Source: Eledone cirrhosa (taxonomy: Eukaryota). From it: 64,000 bases of DNA. The position numbers and the translations under genes are program-made. Below, in pieces: positions 17,197 to 31,070 of this stretch. The notes below the pieces were generated by a model. It ran no database searches, was not told the origin of the DNA, and was given only the letters and a program-made list of their open reading frames with translations. How positions within the stretch are numbered: the first letter of the stretch is position 1; every line of letters starts with the position of its first letter. The stretch spans positions 292,578,001 to 292,642,000 of the forward strand of contig OZ024743.1 in NCBI GenBank assembly GCA_964016885.1, read 5' to 3'.

Positions 17197-17547
17197 TTAT
17201 TTATATATATATATTCATTTATTTATATATATATATATACATATATATATATACATTTATTTATATATATATATATGTATATAAACGGAAGAAATGAAAC
17301 GAAATTTCATTTCCCACTCTTAGTACAGCTGTTACTTAAATATAAGTATGTACACGTACATACATATATGTATACAGACGTACAGTAGTATGTATATATA
17401 TATACATACATGCACACATATATATATGTACGTATGGATTCACCGAACATTTATAATAATGCTCGGTGTGTTTGTAAACAAACATCCCATATTAAGCCGT
17501 AGTGTCTAGCAACCATCGTTGCTCGTTTGTTCAACACTGACAAAGGA

Positions 17548-17590
17548 ACGCTGTACTAGTTTCAAGATTATCAGCTATCGTCAGCAACGT
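17548..17590 (-). ncRNA. Type I hammerhead ribozyme (425-bp family)
   Basis: Minus strand: acgttg-CTGACGA-tagctgataatctt-GAAA-ctag-TA^-cagcgt (stem II imperfect). Confidence 0.75.
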
Positions 17591-18079
17591 ATACCTTCCT
17601 GCCAGATTGTTGAATGTATGTACTTACCTTATGCATATTAACGGCTGAGTAGCCCAATTTGCACGTCGAGTGTGTTAATCGGCCGGGTGCACCGAAAACG
17701 ATAAACAGTGTTGAACAAACGAGCAACGATGGTTGCTAGACACTACGGCTTAATACGGGATGTTTGTTTACAAGCACACCGAGCATTATTATAAAGTTTC
17801 TGTGAATCCATACGTACATATATATATATATGTGAGCATGTATGTATATATATATATACATACTACTGTACGTCTGTATACATATATGTATGTACGTGTA
17901 CATACTTATATTTAAGTAACAGCTGTACTAAGAGTGGGAAATGAAATTCGTTTCATTTTTTCCGTTTATCATTTTCGGTACACCCGGCCGATTAACCCAC
18001 TCGATATGCAAATTGGGCTACTCAGCCGTTAATATGCATAAGGTAAGTACATACGTTCAACAATCTGGCAGGAAGGTAT

Positions 18080-18122
18080 ACGTTGCTGACGATAGCAAAT
18101 AAGCTTGAAACTAGTACAGCGT
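18080..18122 (+). ncRNA. Type I hammerhead ribozyme (425-bp family)
   Basis: acgttg-CTGACGA-tagcaaataagctt-GAAA-ctag-TA^-cagcgt; palindromic stem III ACTAGT. Confidence 0.85.
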
Positions 18123-18395
18123 TCCTTTGTCAGTGTTGAACAAACGAGCAACGATGGTTGCTAGACACTACGGCTTAATACGGGATGTTTGTTTACAAAC
18201 ACACCGAGCATTATTATAAATGTTCGGTGAATCCATACGTACATATATATATATATGTGTGCATGTATGTATATATATATACATACTACTGTACGTCTGT
18301 ATACATATATGTATCTACGTGTACATACTTATATATATATATACATTTATTTATATATATATATACATATATTTATATATATATATACATATATT

Positions 18396-18431
<36 letters not shown>

Positions 18432-18591
18432 CATTTATTTATATATATATATACATTTATTTATATATATATATACATTTATTTATATATATATATACAT
18501 TTTTTTATATATATATATACATTTATTTATATATATATATACATTTATTTATATATATATATTCATTTATTTATATATATATACATTTATT

Positions 18592-18622
<31 letters not shown>

Positions 18623-19829
18623 GGTAAATTTCTTTAAGTCGTATGGAAGCCTCGACAATGCAGTTGGGTAAATCTCCGGGTAACAAGATTCGTTGGTGGA
18701 GAGTGAGATGTAAGTGGGTGTACGTTGAGATGTGTGGCCTATAGAAGGCTGTAGCGTGTAGAAGAATGTAGGATAGAGCGTAAAGGATAAAATAAAAATA
18801 ATAACACGAGATAGAGTCACCTTGGGACAGATTTAATTGTCCCTATATATTTCGGATTCACATCCATCAACTGGGTTTTTTTCCGCGGGGGTGGGGGTCT
18901 GTTGGAAAGGTGCGAAACGTTTCCTCCGCTGTTCGTTTTTTTGAATATCTGAGGTATTCAGCAGAGCGCGCGTGCGCGTGAAATGGGGTCGGTCAAGCAG
19001 AGGTCGGCGGCCGAAATAGCTCTTTCAATTGTGGGAGTGGGGTGGCGCTAGCACTTTGGATCAAACGCCTAGGGCCACAATTAAACAACCGATCCGACAG
19101 AAGCGAAATGAGGTGGTTCGTTTAAGTAAACAAACGATGCGGCAACACACGCGCACTCACACACAAGCGATGCAGCAACACACGCCCCCCCACACACACA
19201 CACAGTAGCATTCCACCATACGAACATACTACACTGCCAATACAGAGGAACAGGGCAACAACACACGCAAACACACACACTCAAGCGAGACAACAACACA
19301 CGCACACACACACACACACAGTAATATTCACCAAACAGGCAGAGAATACTATGGACTGACAGCTAGCGCCACCCCACTCCCACAATTGAAAGAACTATTT
19401 CGGCCGCCGACCTCTGCTTGACCTACCCCATTTCACGCGCACGCGCGCTCTGCTGAATACCTCAGATATTGCAAACAACGAACAGCGGAGGACACGTTTC
19501 GCACTTTTCCGACAGACAACCCCCCCGGAAAAAAACCGCACTTGATGTATGTAAATCCGAAATATATAGGGACAATTAAATCTCTCCCAAGGTAACTCTA
19601 GCTCGTGTTATTATTTTTATTTTTATCCTTTACGCTCTTTCCTACATTCTTCTACACGCTACAGTCTCAACGCCACACATCTCAACGTACACCCACTTAC
19701 ATCTCTCTCTCACCACCGGATCTTGTTACCCGGAGATTTACCCATCTGCTTTGTCGAGGCTTCCAAACGACTTAAAGAAATTTACCTTATTATTCCACAA
19801 TGCTTCGACCAAACTTCAATACTCTCTTA
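18623..19829. mobile_element. Fold-back element, ~430-bp inverted arms (18623-19052 / 19362-19786), (TA)n-bounded
   Basis: The arms are diverged reverse complements. Each has an HHR-like motif with a non-canonical core (18841-18875 minus; ~19535-19571 plus). Confidence 0.75.
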
Positions 19830-19917
19830 TATATATATATATATATATATATATAAGAAGTAATTCCGTCGGAAAGGTGCAGGAAAGAAGAGTGCTCTAT
19901 GTAGGTTACAGAGCTTA

Positions 19918-20114
19918 ATAGTTATGTAATAAACAACATAAGATAATTATTTCATTTACAAGTGGTTTCTTGAAAGCAAACAAATCTGCTTTCAGTCATC
20001 AGAATGAAAAAAAAACACCAGGATCTTTTAATTATGATGACTGAAAGCAGATTTGTTTGCTTTCAAGAAACCACTGGTAAATGAAATAATTATCTCATGT
20101 TGTTTACTACATAA

Positions 20115-20118
<4 letters not shown>
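19918..20118. repeat. Short fold-back (arms 19918-20000 / 20035-20118) made of an HHR-containing segment
   Basis: Reverse-complement arms; the left arm reads as a complete HHR on the minus strand. Confidence 0.85.
19951..20008 (-). ncRNA. Type I hammerhead ribozyme
   Basis: Minus strand: ttcatt-CTGATGA-ctgaaagcag atttg tttgctttcaa-GAAA-ccacttg-TA^-aatgaa. The inverted copy has stem III ccactgg. Confidence 0.82.
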
Positions 20119-20185
<67 letters not shown>

Positions 20186-21889
20186 AGTAAACAAATAAAT
20201 TATATATATATATATAATTTATAACTCTATAACGTTAACTGTTTCTAATAGGCAGGCATTTCATCTCAACGCTGAATTACTGTATGAAATATTTCTACTT
20301 TGAACTGATTGAGAGAATTTTAGCTGCTATTTCTGGCGTCTATATAACCCCGTCATGTTGGCTTAATACATTGCGGAGAAAATGTTTATACAGTAATTCA
20401 GATTACTATGATGGACTCCTTATTCACCATAGTATCGATCAGTAAAATTCTATATATGATATATTTTCAACTTCATGAAGAATTCGCCTCCCGATAAAGA
20501 AACTTGAATTCTTCCAATAGTGATAATTCCAATGTCTTGGAATTCTCGATATTGTATCTTGAGTTTCAGAAACCATGGTTAGAATTCACTTTTCTTAGCC
20601 GATTTGACCTGTACCCCTCCCCAAAAAGAGATTTTTTTAAATGTTTAATATATTATATATATCCAGACAAGCTATATAGATTTAATACATTAGTTCTGGT
20701 AGTCTCTTTATTTGGTGCGGAACCAATCTTGACTTTTCTAATGTCAACCAGCTTCGTATTTTTGAGAGCTGTCTGCTCGTGGTTGATTAGATACAGAAGA
20801 TTTAGTCTGTTTCTGGTGCTTTCTTATCCTGAAGTTTTCCTATCACAGTCTCAAGGGTATCGTCTTTGATGCTGTATGTTTCTGGTGTAATGCAGGGGCA
20901 ATGGTTTTTTCGGATATCTTTCAATTACACTGCGTCTTGGTTGAATTTCTTTCACCATATATTTGAGTTTCTCTCACCATATATTTTTCTCCAGAATGAA
21001 TCTATGTATTTCTGGCAAGGGGGCTCACTGACATACTAATTTGCTATTCATATCTTTATTGATTAACGTTTGATTTTGGCTGAATCTTTTATTATTCATT
21101 TTCCTTTCAGCCACTCTGTTCTGAAGCCGCTGACAACTTTCAACACCTGTTTGACGTTGTACTTAAGTGTACTGTCTCCAAACACTATTTCTATTTTATT
21201 TTTCAATATTTGTTGGTGGAGAGCGTAGTAGATTTGTTTTTGTTTATATGAGATAAGCGTTGTCACGTGGCCGATAGTTTTTTCTTAGGTCAGCCATTTT
21301 CTTTTCTATTTCCGAAAACTATAGAGACATCTTTTGCGTTGTTTTCATTTTCTGTTAGCATCTTTAGTATCACCTAGATATGGGTTTACAGTGATTGCTG
21401 GAGAATATAAAGAAACATTAAGATGCCAAAATGTCTTGGTTTTAATTTGTCGTAGATATTCGCCTCCGATTTCATCGATAGCTCGCAGAATTCCTCTATT
21501 TGGTTTCTTGTTTACTATTAACGTTTTATGTCACTTTTCATGAGTTAAATTTATACATAAATCGATCTCCTTTTGAAATTTTTCACTAATATATATTCTA
21601 ATTGTTTCTACTCTTCACTTTCTCAGCCAATGGAACATTTAGTATTAGTGACAGTATTTTGAAGTTGGTGGTTAACGTGACTGCAAGATATAGTAGTCGG
21701 AGTAAAGTCTGTTGTGATATAGGGTGTCAAATTTCGCGCCGCCATAGCTGTTCCAAGCGATTGTTTCTGAATTGCTGTTGTTTGTTTTTGATGGTCAAAC
21801 TGGCTACAAAAACACGTAGCATCATAGCAGCTCATTGTGGCACATGCTGATTGGGTTACTGAACTGCGCACTTGGTGTTACTAATTGTA

Positions 21890-22070
21890 TAGCAGTATCA
21901 GCAGAGCATCAATCACCGTGATTTGCAGCAAAGAGTTATGGACATTTAAGTTCAGAGTTCAAATCCTGCCGAGGTTAAATTTCATCCTTACAGGGTAGAT
22001 TAAATAAAGCACAAGTAATGCACTGGGATAATTGATGGCCTTATATCAAAAGTAGAAACAACTATTGTTA
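21890..22070 (+). mobile_element. Degenerate tRNA-type SINE (same family as 36640-36830 and 42770-42930)
   Basis: B-box-like gagttcaaatcc followed by gccgaggttaa...tttcatcc and ending aaaagtagaaacaa; reverse complement of the two minus-strand copies. Confidence 0.65.
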
Positions 22071-22339
22071 TGAATAATATTTATATTATTTTACGTTCAA
22101 CAAACATTGCTTGTTTGCGTAATTGTTTGGATATAAAATATCATATCTTTGGGTAATGTCTGTCCCGTGTATAATCCTTTGTGTTTATATACAGCCAACA
22201 GCGGAATCATTTTTTCCAAATCCATAACAAAGAAATACATCGTTATTGAGTTCGTAGCTTCAGGAGAAAGGCGACTTATGGTTTTACTTCCTCCTCTAAT
22301 TACTACAAAAGCTTCAGTTAACATTTCTCATTATTGTTT

Positions 22340-22590
22340 TTCTTCAATGCTACCGAAGTGTTGTTGATGTTGGCATATCCAGTCATATTATTTGTAGTAA
22401 ATCCCAGTAAGGTGATTTCAATTTTCAGACAGGTATGTCAATCATTTCGAATTAAAGGTGTCTTCAGAGGATATTATCAGAAGAATATTCAGCTATCTAA
22501 CAAGGCTGGTGCAGCATTACTGCCGGTGATAGTATTCATCGTAAATTTAAGCAATAGTGTCCCAGGCCACATGTGCAGCTTTTTACATCA
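22340..22590 (-). mobile_element. Diverged relative of the R4/Dong-like 5' UTR at 63160-63400
   Basis: Shares taaatttacgatgaatactatc, tattcttct, ctgaagacacctttaattcgaa and caacatcaacaaca with 63190-63380. Confidence 0.6.
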
Positions 22591-22639
22591 AGTGTCTCAC
22601 GTAGAGTATATATATATATATATACATATAGATATAGAT

Positions 22640-23650
22640 ATATAAGTATGTATACGTACATACATATATGTATACAGACGTACAGTAGTATGTATATACA
22701 TACATACATGCACACACATATATATATTTACGTATGGGTTTACCGAACATTTATTATAATGTTCGGTTTGTTTGTAAACAAACAGCCCGAATTAAGCCGT
22801 ATAGTGTTCGGCAACCATCATTGCCCTTTCGTTCAACACTGACAAAGGAACGATGAACTAGTTTCTAGCTTATTAGCTGTCATCAAGAACATATACCTTC
22901 CTGTCAATCGATTGAACGTTTGAAAGTATACACTTTCCCTATGCATATTAACGGCTGAGCAGCCTAATTTGCATATCGAGTGAGTTACTCGGCCGGGCGT
23001 ACCGAAAACGATAAATGGAAAAGATGAAATGTCCTTTCTCACTCTTAGTACAGCTGATACTTAAATATAAGTATGTTTACGTACATACATATATGCATAC
23101 AGACGTACAGTAGTATGTATATACATACATACATCCACATATATATATATCTACGTATGAGTTTACCGAACATTTATTATAATGTTCGGTTTGTTGGTAA
23201 ACAAACAGCCCGAATTAAGGCGTACAGTGTTCGGCAACTATCCTTGCCCTTTTTTTCAACACTGACAAAGGAACGATGAACTAGTTTCTAGCTTATTATC
23301 TCTCATCAGCACCGTATACCTTCCTGTCAGTCGATTGAACGTTTGAAAGTATATACTTTCCTCATGCATATTAACGGGTGAGCAGCCTAATTTGCATATC
23401 GAATGAGTTAGTCGGATGGTTGCCGAACACTGTACGGCTTAATTCGGGCTGTTTGTTTACAAACAAACCGAACATTATAATAAATGTTCGGTAAACACAT
23501 ACGTTCATATATATATATATATGTGCATGTATGTATGTATATACATACTACTGTACGTCTGTATACATATATGTATGTAATTATACATACTTATATTTAA
23601 GTATCAGCCGTACGAGGAGTGAGAAATGAAAACTCATTTTTTCCATATCG
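22640..23650. mobile_element. Second ~423-bp HHR repeat array (tandem units plus inverted part)
   Basis: HHR copies on the minus strand at 22850-22892 (core TTGATGA) and 23273-23315 (CTGATGA) are 423 nt apart. Inversion starts at ~23415. Homologous to 17281-18330. Confidence 0.85.
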
Positions 23651-24169
23651 TCGTTCCCCACCACCACCCCACTCTCAAGAGCGTGAAATTAATAAACATT
23701 TGTTGTACTTCATCTCTGTTTTGTTCCCGTTCAATTTTTCATTATACAATACACGCTCACACGGCTTCCATACCTTTGGAATATAACCTAACTACCGGCT
23801 CAACCCCGATCTAATCCGCCGTGACCACTCTCTGAACTTTCCCCACATCTTCCCACACTTGTTCTTTCCTTCCACGCATTACCTTTGTTTGATTTTTTTT
23901 TACTGTACTTGTTTATTTCTGTATATGATTTTTTGTCTGTGTTTTTACAATTTTATTTCTATGATTTTTTGTCCACGATCGCCTGTGTTTTTACCTTTAT
24001 GATTTTTTGTCTTTATTTTTCCTGTGTATACTCTCCCCTCCTTACGTTTTTCTGTTTCATTTTCCCTTCCCCGTCTCTGCCTATCCTTCGCACTCACTCC
24101 TTCGTTCAACCCCACCCCGCTTCACACACCTGCTTTCTCATCCCTCCTCCTGCTTTCACCCAACGCCCA

Positions 24170-26560
24170 CCATGCCCAGCCTGAGATGCTTTCTCCACCA
24201 ACTACACACTAGCCTCAAACTTTTCCTCACCACTCTCCTCCCACCCTGCTATCTCCCCTCTGCCCTTCAACTCTCCTACCTTCTCTTCGCCAAAGCCCGG
24301 CACTCCAGCCACATTCATTTCCCCAGCCACTGCCTCCGGCTCCACCTTATCCCCCTCGGCTTCCGTCTACACTTCTACACTTCCACACTTCCCCCGCCGC
24401 TTCCGCCTCCACGCAACGTATCCTCACCCGATCCCCACGCCTCCTAATGCGCAACTCCATCAGCGCCTCCCATTCAACCCTCCGCAAACTCGACCCCAAC
24501 TGACCCCCACCCTCCTCCGCCTTAACTCCACCTGCCACCCTCTCCTCGCCCAAGCCATCCTCCTCTTCATCCAAAACCTCAACCACGACCTCTTCTCCTT
24601 CCTCACCTCCACCAAAGCCCGCAAGCTACACTCACTCCTCGCAACCACCCCCATCCACTACCACCCACCCATCCCCATGAGCCCACCACTCTCCACCCCT
24701 CCCTCGACCCACATTCCTACCCAATCTCCACCCTCTACCTCACGCCTCACCACACCCTCCCTTCCCCCCACACACCCAAACCCCACCAATTGTTGTCACC
24801 ATACACCCTGACCTCCCCCTCTCCGCACCTGGGCGCTCACTCCTTAGTAGAGGCCTTCGCTTCATACCCCACACTCCGCACAGCGACGAGTTCCGCACCC
24901 GAACGGAAGTCGAGCGATTCGTGCGACGCACAAAGCTACAGGCACATTTCGGCCGAACGCCACCGGCTCCGGACACCCCAGACCCGTTTCTCGCCCTGGG
25001 CTGACGACCATCTTCTTGGACGCCGGCCTCAGAGCAATTTAGCACCCTGGACGCGTTCATCGATGCCAGCCGTAGCGCCGTAAATCATTTCGACTTCCGC
25101 CACCGTTACAAACGGAATAATATAACACGGGGCGAACTCCTCCCTCTCCGCTCTCTCCGTAGCCGAGATGACATCGTCATCAAACCGGCGAACAAAGGAA
25201 GCGCCCCGGTCGTGTGGTGCGCGGACCGCTACACGGCCGAAGCCCTCAGGCAGCTCCGTAACCCCCTCTTCTACCGCCCTCTACTCTCCGATCCCACACC
25301 CCTCTACCAACAACAAGTTTCCTCCACCATCCAACACCTTGTCTCCTCCTCCCTCCTCCCCCCACCACTTCCCACCTCATCGTCCGCACCTCCCGGACCC
25401 CCACCATCTACTTCCTCCCCAAACTCCACAAACCCGACAACCCCGGCCGCCCCATCGTCTCCGCTTGCAACTGCCCCACCGAACTCATCTCCGCCTTTCT
25501 CGACTCCATCCTCGCCCCTCTTGTCACCACCTTCCCCTCCCACATCTCCGACACCCACCACACCCTGCGCCTTTTCGACTCCTTCACCTATCCACCCGGC
25601 CCACAGCCCTTCCTCTTCACCCTAGACATCAAGTCCCTCTATACAGTCATCACCCATGCCGACGGCCTAGGCGCCCTCAAACACTACCTCGACCTTCGCT
25701 CCTCCCACATTCCCTCCACCCCCACCCTCCTTCGCCCCGCCGAGCTGGTCCTCACCCTCAATTGTTTTTCCTTATCGGGTGAGTTTTACCAACAGGTCAC
25801 AGGGGTAGCCATGGGTACAAGAATGGGCCCAAACTATGCCAACCTTTTTGTTGGCCATGTTGAGGCCCAAATCTTTGCCCAGTACACCGGCCCCACGCCC
25901 GAACTGTACGGTCGTTACATCGACGACTGTATCGGAGCCACGACCCTCACCCGAGAACAGCTCGACTCCTTTCTCTCCTTCTTCTGCTCCTTTCACCCCT
26001 CCCTCCACTTCACCACCTCTATCTCCACCACCCACGTCCACTTCTTAGACATCTCCGTCGCCTTCGACCCCTCCCACCACTCCCCTCCTTCAAACGCGCA
26101 CGCAATCTCCGCACCCTCCTCATCCACAGCTCCCTACTCCCCAACCCACGCTCTCTTCCCCCCCCGGTTCCTTTCCCTGTTCTAGGCCCCGCTGCAACAC
26201 CTGTCCCAACATCACCAACACCACCACCTTCCAGGGTCCCAACGGCCACTCTCTCTCTGTCAGGCATGCCTTCCGCTGCACCTCCTCCAACCTAGTCTAC
26301 GGAATTACGTCGGACAGACTGGACGTCGCCTGGCGGACAGATTTACTGAACACCTCCGGGATATTCGTCTCGGTGGTAGTTCCCCCATCGCCCGCCACTC
26401 ACTTTGGTGCCCCTGGACATTCCGCACACCATCTCACAGTCTGTGGCCTACTCCAATGCCACAGAACACCCGCCAATCTCCTAAGAGTTGAACAACGAAC
26501 CATCTTCATCTTACAGACCCACACTCCCCCCGGCCTGAACTCCCCACCCTTATTCCTTTA
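24170..26560 (+). pseudogene. Disrupted PLE RT/GIY-YIG polyprotein
   Basis: Motifs are spread over ORFs 25168-25782, 25212-25625, 25811-26185, 26373-26705 and adjacent frames. Confidence 0.85.
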
Positions 26561-28032
26561 TCCTTCGACCGCCCCCTCCCCCCACACATATCCCCCACTA
26601 ACACCACTAACACAGCCCTCCTTTTCACCGCCCACCCCTCAACTAACAATACTAACACCTCCATTCACCCCACATCCGACCACCGTTCCCCAACTAACAT
26701 ACTAACATCCCTCCCTTCTTCTCCTGCCCCCTCCTTATCACACGCACACACCCACCGGCTCATATATACACGCGCTCACACTAAACACACACCCTACTAC
26801 CACCACTAACCCTCACCCCCACACATCCACCCCACCACCCCGCAACTAACATCACTAACACCCCCTGACCCCAAGCACACGAACACACACACCCACTTAC
26901 ACCACCCACCCACACGCAACTAACATCACTAACACCCCCCAACCCTACGCACACGTACACACACACCCTCTTACACCACCCACTCTACACACCCTACCAC
27001 CACTGACCCCCACTCACACCCGCTTTCAACCCTTTCTCCACCTCCTGTATAATAACACCCACACACAACAGTACACCACACTCCCTCCATCGACCCCCAC
27101 ACCCTTCTCTCCCCGCTCCACCCACACCCTTTCTCAAACACTCACTCATCCCACTAACACCTCTACTAATACACCCCCCCCTCCTCACTCCAACTTCCAC
27201 ACCTACCCATCCTCTCCCCTTTACCATTCTACCCTACTGCTGCTATGCCCTCTGACCACCTCCCCGCGCACACAGACACACCACACACCTTCACTTACCA
27301 TCATTCCACCCTACTGCTTCTATGCCCTCTGACCACCTCTCCGCACACACAGACACACAACACGCCTCCCACCTTGACCACTTCCTGTTGCGCACGCACC
27401 TCACATCTCCCCTCTTCCGACCAATCTCTTCACGGATTACACGTATGTGAACGTTGAACCCGGAATCCACCACATCAAAGGATTTTACGAAGCATTCCAC
27501 CACATCTTCTTACGGAATCACCTTTATGACTCACCCACACACACAAAAATAATTTGTTTTCCCACACGCCACCTACACCCACAACACGCTTAAACACCAC
27601 ACACGTGCGTACCACCACATATTTACACATTCAGCCTCCGGATTCCTCTCCCCCCACCCTTCTATCCACACACGCACACACACTCCGACCTACATCCCAC
27701 CCCACACACACCTCTTCCTGAACATGCAACCCCGTTCTTCCCCCAACCCTTGCTTTCACATACACACACACACACACACACGTACACCTACACACACACA
27801 CCACCTTCAGCCCTCCCCGATCGGACACCCCGTCTCCCTCTCTTCACTCCACCCGCCAACACCCCTACACGCCCCACACCCTTCCACCACCTGTTTTACC
27901 CCATTTTAATTTTATTTTGATCATGCCTTTATTTTTAATTTCATTTGCACCTTTTCCTCTCACCCTATTTTTGCTATATGTCTCTCCACCACTCCCCTAC
28001 ACACCCTTTGAACTCTCTTCCCACACACTTTT

Positions 28033-28066
28033 CACCTGAAGAAGGGCTTATGCCCGAAACGTCGTT
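28033..28066 (+). ncRNA. Minimal PLE-type hammerhead ribozyme
   Basis: CTGAAGA-a-gggc ttat gccc-GAAA-cg-TC^ with palindromic ACGT stem III. Stem I is very short (ac/gt). Confidence 0.8.
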
Positions 28067-28173
28067 CCCTACCACCACCCCACTCTCAAGAGCGTGAAAC
28101 TAATAAACATTTGTTGTACTGCCTCTCTGTTTTGTTCCCGTTCAATTTTAAATTATATATATATATATATATG

Positions 28174-28248
<75 letters not shown>

Positions 28249-28301
28249 ATGTAATATAATATATATATATATGCGGGGTGTATATATATATTATATATAT
28301 G

Positions 28302-28332
<31 letters not shown>

Positions 28333-28376
28333 GTAACTATATATAGATATAGATATAAAATGTATATATACATGTA

Positions 28377-28508
<132 letters not shown>

Positions 28509-28524
28509 AGCATATATATATATG

Positions 28525-29450
28525 CATATTGTTATACTTTGGGAGGGTCATGTTGCCAATAAGAAACACACGCACCAGTTGCTTTCACTTCAATTTATTA
28601 TATATTTATAAATTTATAAATTTACAAATCTACAAACTTATAAATTTCTGGTTGGTTGGTTGGTTCCACAACGAGATAGTTGTTTATATATAGTCATAGT
28701 CCTTTCGTCACACACTCTGTGACCTCTTCAGTGACTGGGGATTCCCCTCTTTGTTTCTGTGCCTTTCCTTTCTTCTATCCTACGCCATGTTGTTTCTGTG
28801 TGTGTGTTGTGTGCTCAGTTTGCGCATGCGCCACATCCGGGTGTCTGTGTGTGTTTGTGTTTATTTATCTATTTGTTTATTTATTTATTTATTGTTGGTT
28901 GGTTGTTTGTTCTATGTGTGTGTGTGTTTTCATTTTGTCCTGTGTGTGTTTTTATTTTGTCCTTAATTGTAAGTTGTGATGTTGCTGTTCCACTCATATT
29001 TTCTATTTAATTTTGGTTGTAATTCTTTTATGCTTACTGCCTGTGTAATTTGCCTAAACATTGCATTTTTTCTGTGTGTCGATTCTATTTTTATTTCTAT
29101 GTTCTCTAATCTACCCCTGTGTTCTATCTTAGCATGTTGGTAGAGCACAGATGATTCTTTATTATCTTGAAGGTCTCGCCAGTGTTCATTTATTCGTTCC
29201 CCTATACTACGAGCTGTCTCACATATGTACACTATATTTTTGTTTCTACATTGTCCTTCAGTACATCTTATGCTATACACTACATTTCTAGTTTTACAGT
29301 TAATATGGGGGCTTATTTTACAGGTTATACATTTCTTATCTATACATGAGGGTCTTTGGAACGGGTATGTCCTGCTAATAAGTGTTTTTACGGAGGTACC
29401 TGGTCTTTCTACTATCTTAATATTGAGTTTATGTTTATTTAGGGCCCTTC
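28525..29450 (-). mobile_element. 5'-truncated Penelope-like element (GIY-YIG plus pLTR); a related 3' tip lies at ~5925-6020
   Basis: CIDKKCITC...[13 protein letters not shown]...[16 protein letters not shown]...LYQHAKIEH...RQITQAVSI...LNRKYEW. HHR downstream on the same strand; (TA)n on both sides. Confidence 0.88.
28692..28736 (-). ncRNA. Type I hammerhead ribozyme in the pLTR
   Basis: Minus strand: agtca-CTGAAGA-g-gtcaca gagtg tgtgac-GAAA-ggac-TA^-tgact. Stem III is one substitution from the palindrome gtac. Confidence 0.82.
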
Positions 29451-29508
29451 TATATATATATATATATATATATGTATACATTTTATATCTATATCTATAT
29501 ATACTTAC

Positions 29509-29611
<103 letters not shown>

Positions 29612-30539
29612 TATATATAAATATAATATATATACACACACGCATATATATTATATATATATATATATATACATATATATATAAATATAATATATATACA
29701 CACACGCATATATATATATTATATTACATACATTATATGCATATACCTATGTATCTATATACATATATTCATATACAAGCTGAAGAATTTTTAACAGAGA
29801 GGAGAAATCTTTGTGTTTTCAGTCATTTAGATATTAGTCAGATAACCAAACAGACAAGATCTTTGGCTTTTTTCTCATAAATACTAGGCTGCAAGTATAA
29901 AAATGAAAACATAAATGCGATACTTCAGTACAAAAAAAAATGAAAATTTCTGTAAAAAAATATACAAGCAGAAGATATATGACCAATGTGCAATTATATG
30001 TCTGTGAAAGTTGCAAGTAAACAATTTTCTTTTCTCCTAGCTGTCATTTAATGAGAAAATATAAAAATAAAGGGAAATATATATTCCTTCTGATTCATTA
30101 CCTGTAAGGAATTATATACATACATACATATATACATACAGGCATACATATAAACAGATATAGATATATGCACATATTCATACACACATACATTTATACA
30201 TACATATTTACATACCTATGTACATACATACGTACATACATACGTACATACATACGTACATACATACGTATGTTCATACATACATGCATAGATACATATA
30301 TATGTATATATATATATATACATACATACACACATACATATACACACATATATACAAACATTCATGAGGGTAGGAAGTAATGGGCCTCGGTCAATTCGAT
30401 GATGATATTTACGGTTGTTCTATCGAAGGACCAGGCTGATGATAAGCTCAGTTACCATAGGTTTTTCTATAGTTGTTAAAATGGTTGGAGATTTCAGATC
30501 ATATCAAATCGGTAACTCTTGCGCTCCCAGATGAAAATG

Positions 30540-31070
30540 GAAAAGAATGGAACTACCAAAGAATCAACCTGCTCGTGAAATGAACGTGCAAGTAGCCGAG
30601 TATTTCGGAGAAACATATGCTTTTAATGTAATTTTCATGGAGATCTAACGTATGAGGGTGAATGGAAAACCTAGTCTTTTGCCTCAGATGTTCATTTGTG
30701 TATTATAATGTCAGTGGCTGAATATCCCACAGACATGTCTACCTGTAATGTAATTTTCAGGACGATTCATTGTAACGCAGTGTTTTACAATGCTGGTTCA
30801 TTGAACTATAGGTTCATTCGACCAGATGATATTTCAGAAGCTTACATTAGAGGAACATTTGTGTATTAAAGTATAAGTGGCTGAAAATTCCACAGACACG
30901 TGTACCCTTCATATAATGTTCAGAAGGATTCAATTTGAGGTAGTGCTTGACTAAGTTGGTTTGACAAGTCTTTTAAGTAATATTCCAAACAGTTTCCATC
31001 TACACAATTTCATTTACAAGGCTTGGTTCGACTTGATCCAATATTAAATTATACTTGCTCAAGATGGTTA
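30540..31070 (+). repeat. Three degenerate tandem copies of an interspersed SINE-like repeat
   Basis: Recurrent gtggctgaa..tccacagaca.gtgtacc.ttaatgtaattttcag motif at ~30590, ~30712 and ~30876. Related pieces near 45060-45350 and 47350-47450. Confidence 0.55.

Larger units (their letters stand above)
17281..18330. mobile_element. ~425-bp HHR repeat array (one unit, then ~1.5 inverted units); retrozyme/pLTR-like
   Basis: 17281-17706 is one unit and 17707-18330 is its reverse complement in tandem. No ORF. (TA)n-like DNA on both sides. Confidence 0.85.
23649..28149 (+). mobile_element. Neptune-like Penelope element with terminal direct repeats (23649-23738 / 28060-28149)
   Basis: RT (IVIKPANKG, YFLPKLHK..PGRPIVS, LFTLDIKSLYT, GVAMGTRMGPNYANLF, RYIDD), RCNTC linker and GIY-YIG remnants (GQTGRRLADRFTEH, EQRTIFILQT..PPGLN). 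Frameshifts and an internal deletion in the thumb. Confidence 0.9.

Noticed and set aside
20480-21870. Purine-rich minus-strand tract that may be a decayed LINE ORF1
   Set aside because: Only faint similarity to the Tx1-like ORF1 and many stops; it cannot be assigned without a search.
22149-22367. Possible host exon (ANSGIIFSKS...)
   Set aside because: No recognisable domain, and it adjoins sequence homologous to the retroelement 5' region at 63160-63400.
30090-30120. Minus-strand ttccttacag|gtaatg resembling a recursive splice site
   Set aside because: A single short motif with no evidence of a host transcript; expected by chance.
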